The notes under the pieces are model-generated. The model saw only the letters and a program-made list of their open reading frames with translations, was not told the DNA's origin and did no database searches. The position numbers and the translations under genes were made by a program. A DNA stretch of 64,000 nucleotides from an uncultured Planctomycetales bacterium (GTDB taxonomy: Bacteria > Planctomycetota > Phycisphaerae > UBA1845 > JAFGLZ01): assembly GCA_964596165.1 (NCBI GenBank), contig CAZQTW010000014.1:19219-83218 (forward strand), written 5' to 3'. Of this stretch, positions 31,384-38,610 are shown piece by piece; the stretch's first letter is position 1, and the number at the start of each line of letters is the position of its first letter.

Positions 31384-32445
31384 ATGACCGGACGAGTATC
31401 CGTTGGGAATCTCCGAGCCTTTTGCATCGAGGCCTTCTGCAGGGTCGGCATGCGAGAAGCCGACGCGCGGACGGCCGCCGACGTTCTGGTGACGACCGAC
31501 GTCCTGGGCGTGTTCACGCACGGCACGCGCAACCTGCCGAAGTATCTCCGGCGACTGCGTGCGGGGGGGCTGGACCCCAAGGCGATGCCGGAGATCGTTC
31601 GCGAAGGACCTGCATGGGCTATCGTCGACGGCCATGCGGCCATGGCGATGGTCACCGCGTGCAAGGCGATGGAGACCGCGATCGCCAAGGCTCGGACGAG
31701 CGGTCTGGCTTACGTGGGTGCGCGAAACAGCGGCCACTTCGGTGCGGCGGGCTACTACGCGCTGATGGCGGCCCGCAACGGGATGATCGGGCTGTCGATG
31801 AGCAACGACGTCCCCAGCATGACCGCACCCGGCGCGCGCGGGCACGTCTTGGGCACCAATCCGCTGGCCGTGGCGATCCCGGCGGGCAAGGAGCATCCGA
31901 TCCTGCTCGACATTGCCATGAGCACCGTGGCGGGCAGCAAGGTCTACGCCGCGGTGAGTCAGGGCAAGCCGATCCCCAACACGTGGATCGTTGACGCCGA
32001 TGGAATACCGACAACCGACGGGTCCGCCTATCCGCACAAGGGTTCCATGCTTCCGATGGCCGGCCACAAGGGCTACGGCCTCGCCTTGCTGGTCGAAGTG
32101 CTGTCGTCGCTTCTTAGCGGGGCACGATGCCGATTCGAGGTCGGCAGCTGGATCTTCGACGACCCATCGGTACCAACCGGGCATGGCCACGCCTTCCTCG
32201 CTTTTGACATCGGCGCCATCGCGGGACCGGACCTGTTCAAGGATCGGGCCGACCGGATGATCCGAGAGATTCGCGAAGCGCCCAAGGCCAAAGGCTCGGA
32301 TCGCATCTTCCTGCCCGGCGAGATGGAGTTCGAAAAGATGCAGGACGCCACGGCGAATGGGATTCCGCTTCCACAGGAAGTCGTGGACGGCCTGGTGGCC
32401 GTGGCGGATGAACTGGGGTTGAACAAGGCGCTCGTGAGCGGTTGA
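31384..32445 (+). CDS. Ldh_2 family oxidoreductase (malate/L-lactate/sulfolactate dehydrogenase-type)
   Basis: VLVTTDVLGVFTHGTRNLPKYLRRLRAGG, ARNSGHFGAAGYYALMAA, GTNPLAVAIPAG and GHKGYGLALLVEVL are family hallmarks. Confidence 0.85.
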   Translation: MTGRVSVGNLRAFCIEAFCRVGMREADARTAADVLVTTDVLGVFTHGTRNLPKYLRRLRAGGLDPKAMPEIVREGPAWAIVDGHAAMAMVTACKAMETAIAKARTSGLAYVGARNSGHFGAAGYYALMAARNGMIGLSMSNDVPSMTAPGARGHVLGTNPLAVAIPAGKEHPILLDIAMSTVAGSKVYAAVSQGKPIPNTWIVDADGIPTTDGSAYPHKGSMLPMAGHKGYGLALLVEVLSSLLSGARCRFEVGSWIFDDPSVPTGHGHAFLAFDIGAIAGPDLFKDRADRMIREIREAPKAKGSDRIFLPGEMEFEKMQDATANGIPLPQEVVDGLVAVADELGLNKALVSG

Positions 32446-32529
32446 TTGCGACGTCGCAAGGGTGATGGGACCTCTTTCCGAACGAAGCCGGAGCCCCCGG
32501 ATTCGACACGTGGTTGTGGGGGTGACGAC

Positions 32530-33546
32530 ATGACTCCGAAAAAGAAAGCAGTCTTCTTCGGCGAGCTGTTGATGCGGTTGGGCACGAAGCAGTACGAACG
32601 GTTCGTCCAGGCCGACGAGTTTGACGTGGGATTCACCGGCGCCGAAGCCAACGCCGCGGTTGTGCTCGCGAACTTCGGAATGGAGGCGTATCTCGTCTCG
32701 AGCGTACCGGATCACGAGATCGGCCAGGCGTGCGTCAACCACATGCGCCGATTCGGCCTGAATACCGACTTCATCCAGCGAGCGGGAAAACGGCTGGGCA
32801 TCTTCTACCTGGAAACCGGTGCGTCGCAGCGGCCGTCGAAGGTCATTTACGACCGCGCGGGCAGCTCCATTACGGAACTGAAGGTGGGCGATCTGGACTG
32901 GGATGCGATCTTGGCGGGCAAGGACTGGTTCCACTTTTGCGGAACGGCTCCCGCGCTGGCCGACACCGTGGCCGAGGTGGTTCAAGACGCCTGCCAACGG
33001 GCCAAGAAGGCCGGGCTGACAGTGAGCTGCGATCTGAACTACCGCCGGATGCTCTGGCCGCCCGACAAGGCCGGACGTGTCATGACGCGGCTGATGGAGT
33101 GGGTCGATGTGCTCATCGCCAACGAGGAGCACAGCCGGGAGATCTTGGGTGTCGAGCCCAAGGCGGTCGCGTCCGGTGCCGACCGCGACGAGGATGTGGC
33201 GCATCAGCTCTGTGCCCGCTTTGGCCTGAAATACGCGGCCATCACGTCTCGGACGGGGCAGTCATCGTCCGACACGGCTTGGTCGGCGGTTTTGTGTGGG
33301 GCGGGGGCGTGCCACCGGAGCAAGGAATACCGGATCCATGTGGTGGATCGCGTCGGTGCGGGCGATGCCTTCTCCGGCGGGCTGATCTATGGGCTTCTAT
33401 CGGGCATGACGCCGCAAGAGACAGTTGAGCTGGCCGTTGCCGTGTCCTGCCTTAAGCATACGGTTCATGGCGATTTCAACCACGTGTCACTCGACGAGGT
33501 TCGCGCGCTCCTGGCGGGTCAAGGCCTCGGAAGGGTGCAGCGATAG
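32530..33546 (+). CDS. kdgK: 2-dehydro-3-deoxygluconokinase (PfkB family)
   Basis: FGELLMRLGT...GAEANAAVVLANFG N-terminus typical of KdgK. C-terminal PfkB motif VVDRVGAGDAFSGGLIYGL. Confidence 0.85.
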   Translation: MTPKKKAVFFGELLMRLGTKQYERFVQADEFDVGFTGAEANAAVVLANFGMEAYLVSSVPDHEIGQACVNHMRRFGLNTDFIQRAGKRLGIFYLETGASQRPSKVIYDRAGSSITELKVGDLDWDAILAGKDWFHFCGTAPALADTVAEVVQDACQRAKKAGLTVSCDLNYRRMLWPPDKAGRVMTRLMEWVDVLIANEEHSREILGVEPKAVASGADRDEDVAHQLCARFGLKYAAITSRTGQSSSDTAWSAVLCGAGACHRSKEYRIHVVDRVGAGDAFSGGLIYGLLSGMTPQETVELAVAVSCLKHTVHGDFNHVSLDEVRALLAGQGLGRVQR

Positions 33547-33629
33547 CTACCGGAGAGTGCGGGGCCCCAGGATCGGGCGGGTGTACCGGTGGGCCCCGGA
33601 TTTGTGCCCTCCAAGAAAGGGGATCATTG

Positions 33630-34268
33630 ATGAGTAGTCACCCGACGATCATCGACCGGATGTGCGACATCCGCGTCGTCCCGGTCTTTAGAACCGACCG
33701 GACGGACAAGCTGATCCCGGCCTCCAAGGCGTACTGTGAAGGCGGCATGAAGGTCGTCGAGTATACGATGACCATGCCGGACGCCCTGAAGTGGATCGAG
33801 AAGGCCAGGGCCGAGCTTCCTGCCGACGCGAGGCTCGGCGCGGGGACGGTTCTCGATCCGGAAACGGCTCGCCTGGCGATCCTGGCCGGCGCCCAGTTCA
33901 TCGTCTCACCCGGTCTGGCGCCGAAGGTCATCGAGACGTGCCATCGATACGGCATCCCGGTGGTACCCGGTGCGATGACTCCCTCCGAGATCATGCAGGC
34001 GCTGGATTTCGGCGTCGACCTGATCAAGGTCTTTCCGGCCAATATCGGATTACCCTACTTCGGCGACTTGGTCGCGCCGTTTCCGCAGGTTCGGTTCATC
34101 GCCGCGGGCGGTCCGATTCCGTCGGATCTGGCGAAACAGTATTTCGCGGCCGGCGCGAGTGCGGTGACGGTCGCGGGTCAGGGGCTCGACAAAGAGGCCT
34201 TTGAGGCCGGCGATTTCCGCGCGTTGACGGGCACGGTGAAACGGTACTTGTCGGCACTCTGCGTATAG
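33630..34268 (+). CDS. eda: KDPG/KHG aldolase (2-dehydro-3-deoxyphosphogluconate aldolase)
   Basis: VVPVFR...GGMKVVEYTMTMPDAL...LGAGTVLD...GAQFIVSPG...PGAMTPSEI...DLIKVFPA (Schiff-base Lys context). Confidence 0.9.
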   Translation: MSSHPTIIDRMCDIRVVPVFRTDRTDKLIPASKAYCEGGMKVVEYTMTMPDALKWIEKARAELPADARLGAGTVLDPETARLAILAGAQFIVSPGLAPKVIETCHRYGIPVVPGAMTPSEIMQALDFGVDLIKVFPANIGLPYFGDLVAPFPQVRFIAAGGPIPSDLAKQYFAAGASAVTVAGQGLDKEAFEAGDFRALTGTVKRYLSALCV

Positions 34269-34296
34269 GCCGGCGCCGTGGCGAATGGAGCCTATC

Positions 34297-35475
34297 ATGG
34301 CCAAGAAGACGAAAACGGCAGGAAAGGCTGACTTCCTGAAGCTACCGCTCCACGAGATGGAATCGATCGTAGCGCGTTTCGAACAGCGCCTCCACGAGGC
34401 CCAGAAGAAGGCCCCGCCCAGCAAGGAATGGGTGAGAAAGGCCCTTCGACGGCAGGGCGCCGCCCGCTGCCCCATTCGGATCAAGCGCCACTCGTTGGAC
34501 GTGGTCATCAAGTACGGCGACACCTTTGCCGACCTGTTCTGCGAGTTTCCGGACGACGTGGTTTGCGTCGCGCCTTATGACATCACGATGGGCTACCAGC
34601 CGCCCGACAAGCCGAACCGCATCAATCCGGTGAAGGCGCTGATGACGGAGGCCCAATGGACCGACGAATGGGGCACGACATGGGGCCATGCGTACGGCGG
34701 CGTAGGCGCCACGCCGGTGGATCACCCGCTCAAAGACTGGTCGCAACTCGACGACTATCTGGCCCAATGCGTGCCCGATCCCAACGCCCCCGGCCGCCTC
34801 GACGAGGCCAAACGTATCATCGACATGCATCGTGACTCCAAGTATTGCGTGGGCCTGGTCCAATTGACTCTTTTCGAACGGATGCACGCGTTGCGGGGCA
34901 TGGAACAGCTTTTCATGGATTTCTGCATGAACGAGGTCGAAGTGGATCGTCTGAGCGAGGTCCTTACGGAGTACATGATCCAACTTGTCCGTGCCTGGGC
35001 GAAACTCGGCGCCGATGCCCTCCTGTTCACCGACGATTGGGGGACGCAGAAGTCCCTGATGATCGGCGTCGATATGTGGAAAAGGTTCTTTGAGAGACCG
35101 TACCGACGGATCTTCGGCGAGGTTCACCGACACGGCATGGATGTGATCTTCCACAGTTGCGGTAACGTCACGGACATCGTCTCGCATCTCATCGACGTCG
35201 GCGTGGACGTGGTCGATCCCATCCAGCCGGGGGCGATGAACCCGAGCGAGATCGGGCATCGGTTCGGCGGCACGGTCGGTTTTTCGGGTGGGATTGACGA
35301 CCAGCTTCTGGCGGTCTATACGCCTCGGCAATTGAAGGACGAGGTCCGCAAGACCATCGACACGCTCGGCAAGCCATACGGCAACGCGTACTTGGCCGGG
35401 CCGGCAAACATCTTGACGCCGGAGATTCCGCTGGAGAACCTTCGAGCGCTTTTCGAGGCGTGTCACGAGCAGTAG
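34297..35475 (+). CDS. Uroporphyrinogen decarboxylase (URO-D)/MtaA-like family protein
   Basis: TDDWGTQKSLMIGVDMWKRFFERPYRRIF, VIFHSCGNVTDIVSHLIDVGVDVVDPIQPGAMN, NILTPEIPLENLRALFEA. The track ORF starts at 34285, but ATG 34297 has GGAG at 7 nt. Confidence 0.8.
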   Translation: MAKKTKTAGKADFLKLPLHEMESIVARFEQRLHEAQKKAPPSKEWVRKALRRQGAARCPIRIKRHSLDVVIKYGDTFADLFCEFPDDVVCVAPYDITMGYQPPDKPNRINPVKALMTEAQWTDEWGTTWGHAYGGVGATPVDHPLKDWSQLDDYLAQCVPDPNAPGRLDEAKRIIDMHRDSKYCVGLVQLTLFERMHALRGMEQLFMDFCMNEVEVDRLSEVLTEYMIQLVRAWAKLGADALLFTDDWGTQKSLMIGVDMWKRFFERPYRRIFGEVHRHGMDVIFHSCGNVTDIVSHLIDVGVDVVDPIQPGAMNPSEIGHRFGGTVGFSGGIDDQLLAVYTPRQLKDEVRKTIDTLGKPYGNAYLAGPANILTPEIPLENLRALFEACHEQ

Positions 35476-35573
35476 GGGTCGCACGCATCTCGCCCGCCGT
35501 GGCGATGACAACACGAGCGGGCGAAACGTTCGTACCCGGACAGGGCATGGCGCTTTTCAAGGAGATACGCAGA

Positions 35574-36383
35574 ATGAGAATCATCCGCTATGTGGATACC
35601 GGAAACAAGGTGAAGCACGCCGCTGAACAGCCGGACGGGACGGCACGCGAGATCGACGGCGACATCTTCGGCGATTTCCAGGTGACCCGTCGTGCGGCGA
35701 ACGTGAAGAAGCTGCTCGCCCCGGTCGAACCTGCCGCCTTCTTCTGCATCGGTCTGAATTACCGCCGCCACGCGGCGGAGGGCAACTCTCCGATTCCGGA
35801 GTGGCCGGTGCTGTTCATGAAGTCGCCGGGGGCCGTTCAGAACCCCGGCGATCCCGTCGAAATCCCGGCTCACCTGAAGAGCCACGAGGTGGACTACGAG
35901 TGTGAGCTGGCCGTCGTGATCGGCAAGCGATGCAAGAACGCCAAGAAGGCCGACGCTCTTGAGTACGTGCTTGGCTACACCTGCGCCAACGACGTGAGTG
36001 CCCGCGACTGGCAGGGCAAATGGGGCGGCGGACAGTGGTGCCGCGGAAAGACGTTCGACACGTTCGCTCCGCTCGGTCCTTGTCTGGTGACGCGAGAGGA
36101 AATCCCCAATCCCAATGCCCTGGGGATCAAGACGATTCTCAACGGCCGGGTGATGCAGGACTGGAACACCAACGACATGATCTTCGACGTACCGACGCTC
36201 ATCGAGTTCCTCAGTGGCAGCACGACGTTGCTCCCGGGAACGGTGATCCTGACGGGGACGCCGCACGGTGTCGGCATTGCCCGCAAGCCGCCCGTCCTTC
36301 TGAAGCACGGCGACACGATTTCAGTCGATATCGAGAAGATCGGCACGCTCACCAATCCGGTGATCGACGAGCCGGTCCGGTGA
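35574..36383 (+). CDS. Fumarylacetoacetate hydrolase (FAH) family protein
   Basis: FFCIGLNYRRHAAE, HEVDYECELAVVIGK, GYTCANDVSARDWQ, FDTFAPLGPCLVT and LLPGTVILTGTPHGVG. RBS AAGGAG before ATG 35574. Confidence 0.9.
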   Translation: MRIIRYVDTGNKVKHAAEQPDGTAREIDGDIFGDFQVTRRAANVKKLLAPVEPAAFFCIGLNYRRHAAEGNSPIPEWPVLFMKSPGAVQNPGDPVEIPAHLKSHEVDYECELAVVIGKRCKNAKKADALEYVLGYTCANDVSARDWQGKWGGGQWCRGKTFDTFAPLGPCLVTREEIPNPNALGIKTILNGRVMQDWNTNDMIFDVPTLIEFLSGSTTLLPGTVILTGTPHGVGIARKPPVLLKHGDTISVDIEKIGTLTNPVIDEPVR

Positions 36384-36432
36384 TCGGACCGGAACGGGTT
36401 CCGTCAACAGAATCCGGCCGATGGAGCATGTG

Positions 36433-37497
36433 ATGTCAAAGATTCGATCTCGTGGGATCAAGCGAAAGGCGAAACGAACGATTCCGAAGGGTCCAAGGGG
36501 CGATCGACACGCCGGGAGGGGCCTCAGTCGCGATCAACTGCTCTCGCTTTACCGCACGATGCAGGTGATCCGGCAGGAGGAAGAAGCCCTGGCCAAATCG
36601 CATCAGCGAGGACTGATCCCCGGTGCCTGCCACCTGTATATCGGCGAGGAGGCGGTCGCCGCCGGTGTCTGCGCGCATCTGCGGACCGACGACGTCGTAT
36701 TCAGCACGCACCGCGGGCATGGCCACGCCCTGGCCAAGGGGGTCCCGCCACGACAGATCATCGCGGAGGTCTTCGGCCGCGCGACCGGCTGTTCCCGAGG
36801 TCGGGGTGGAAGCATGCATCTCTTTGCCCCCGAGTTCGGTCTGATGGGAACCAGCGGGATCGTTGCGCCCAGCATTCTCCAAGCAACCGGTGCCGGCTAC
36901 AGTTTCAAGCTGCTCAAGGTCGATCGGATCGCCGTTGTGTTCTTCGGCGATGGCGCGGCGAACAACGGCGCCTTTCATGAAGGGCTGAACATGGGCAGCA
37001 TCTGGAAGCTGCCGGTGGTCTACGTTTGTGAGAACAATCAGTTCGCCACGGAGGTCCCGTTCCATTACGCCACCGCCGGCGGGAGTATCGCCGCCAGGGC
37101 GGCCGGCTACGGGATGCCCGGCGTTCAGGTCGACGGCAACGACGTGTTGGCGGTCCACGAAGCGGCGGGCCGGGCCGTTCAACGGGCTCGGACAGGCGGC
37201 GGTCCGACGCTCATTGAGTGCCTGACCTATCGTCTGCGGCCGCACTGCGAGGGAATGCAGGACTTCGGTTATCGAACGCGAGAGGAGGTCGAACAATGGA
37301 AAGGCCGCTGCCCCATCGTCCACCTGCGCAAGCTTCTCATTTCGAAACGCACCGCAACCGAAGCGGAACTGAACGAGATTGATGCGGAGGTGAAGGCACT
37401 GATTGCCGACGCCGTGCGGTTCGCCGAGCAGAGCCCCTTGCCCGACCCCGCGACGGCCTCGCTCTTTGTCTATTCCGAGGAGGTGGCCCGTGCGTGA
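36433..37497 (+). CDS. TPP-dependent 2-oxoacid/acetoin dehydrogenase E1 component, alpha subunit
   Basis: CHLYIGEEAVAAGV, STHRGHGHALAKG, GRGGSMH, TPP motif FFGDGAANNGAFHEGLNMGSIWKLPVVYVCENNQF, and a YRLRPHCEGMQD loop (acetoin-type R-x-H-x-EG-D rather than GHSxSD). Confidence 0.9.
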   Translation: MSKIRSRGIKRKAKRTIPKGPRGDRHAGRGLSRDQLLSLYRTMQVIRQEEEALAKSHQRGLIPGACHLYIGEEAVAAGVCAHLRTDDVVFSTHRGHGHALAKGVPPRQIIAEVFGRATGCSRGRGGSMHLFAPEFGLMGTSGIVAPSILQATGAGYSFKLLKVDRIAVVFFGDGAANNGAFHEGLNMGSIWKLPVVYVCENNQFATEVPFHYATAGGSIAARAAGYGMPGVQVDGNDVLAVHEAAGRAVQRARTGGGPTLIECLTYRLRPHCEGMQDFGYRTREEVEQWKGRCPIVHLRKLLISKRTATEAELNEIDAEVKALIADAVRFAEQSPLPDPATASLFVYSEEVARA

Positions 37498-38467
37498 AAT
37501 CACGTACATGCAGGCGACGCTCGAGGCCCTCTCTGAGGAGATGGCGAGGAACCCCCGGATCTTCGTCTTGGGCGAAGGCATCGGCAAGCGAGGCGGTAAC
37601 TTCAATACGACACAGGGGTTATACGATCTCTACGGCCCTGAGCGATTGTGCGATACGCCCATCTGCGAGCGAGGATTCGTCGGGTTGGCGGCGGGAGCGG
37701 CCATGACCGGCACGCGCCCCGTCGTCGACTTCATGTTCGCCGACTTCGTCCTCGACGGCGCCGCGGAGATCATCAACCAGATCGCGAAGATGCAATACAT
37801 GAGTAGCGGCCGATTGAAGATGCCCGTGCTGCTTCGCGGTTGCATTGGAATCGGGCATTCGGCCGCGACCCATCATTCGGGCAGTTACTACGCGATGTAC
37901 GGCCACTTCCCCGGGCTGCGCGTCGTCGTGCCCACGACTCCCTACGACGCCAAGGGACTGCTTAAGCGAGCGCTCACCTGCGACGACCCGGTCATGTTCC
38001 TGGAACACCGTTCCGTGTTGACACTCAAGGGACCGGTGCCGGAAGAGGAGTATCAGGTCGAGTTCGGAAAGGCCTCGGTCGTTCGCGAGGGCGCCGACAT
38101 TACGGTCGTTGGGATCGCCTTCATGGTGCAACAGACGCTGAAGGCCTGCGAGAAGCTCGCAACCGAAGGCATCGCGGTTGAGGTCATCGATCCGCGGACG
38201 GTGGCCCCGCTCGACGTCGACACGATCCTGGAGTCGGTGCACAAGACGGGTCGCCTGTTGATTGTCGATGAGAGCTTTGCACCTTACGGTTTCGGGGCTG
38301 AGGTCGCCGCCCAAGTGGCCGATCGAGGGCTGGACGATCTGGACGCGCCCGTCCGCAGACTGAATGGCCTGCATACCCCCACGCCTTACAGCCCGACGCT
38401 GGAGGCGACAGTGGTGCCGAATCCGGATAGCATCGCGCAGGCGATTCGGGACCTGATGGAGGAGTAG
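37490..38467 (+). CDS. 2-oxoacid/acetoin dehydrogenase E1 component, beta subunit
   Basis: MREITYMQATLEALSEEMARNPRIFVLGEGIG, DTPICERGFVGLAAGAAMTG.RPV, FLEHR. GTG 37490 overlaps the alpha stop by 8 nt, which suggests translational coupling. Confidence 0.9.
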   Translation: MREITYMQATLEALSEEMARNPRIFVLGEGIGKRGGNFNTTQGLYDLYGPERLCDTPICERGFVGLAAGAAMTGTRPVVDFMFADFVLDGAAEIINQIAKMQYMSSGRLKMPVLLRGCIGIGHSAATHHSGSYYAMYGHFPGLRVVVPTTPYDAKGLLKRALTCDDPVMFLEHRSVLTLKGPVPEEEYQVEFGKASVVREGADITVVGIAFMVQQTLKACEKLATEGIAVEVIDPRTVAPLDVDTILESVHKTGRLLIVDESFAPYGFGAEVAAQVADRGLDDLDAPVRRLNGLHTPTPYSPTLEATVVPNPDSIAQAIRDLMEE

Positions 38468-38610
38468 GAGGCACGCAACACCGGCTCGGAGTCCGGGCTT
38501 TGGGAATGACGTCTTGCCGGGCGTCCGCCATGGATTCCTTGTCGGTTGTCTTTCGAGGCCTTGATACGGAGCGACTGCAGCCGCTCACACACGATACGAG
38601 GAACGTTGCA

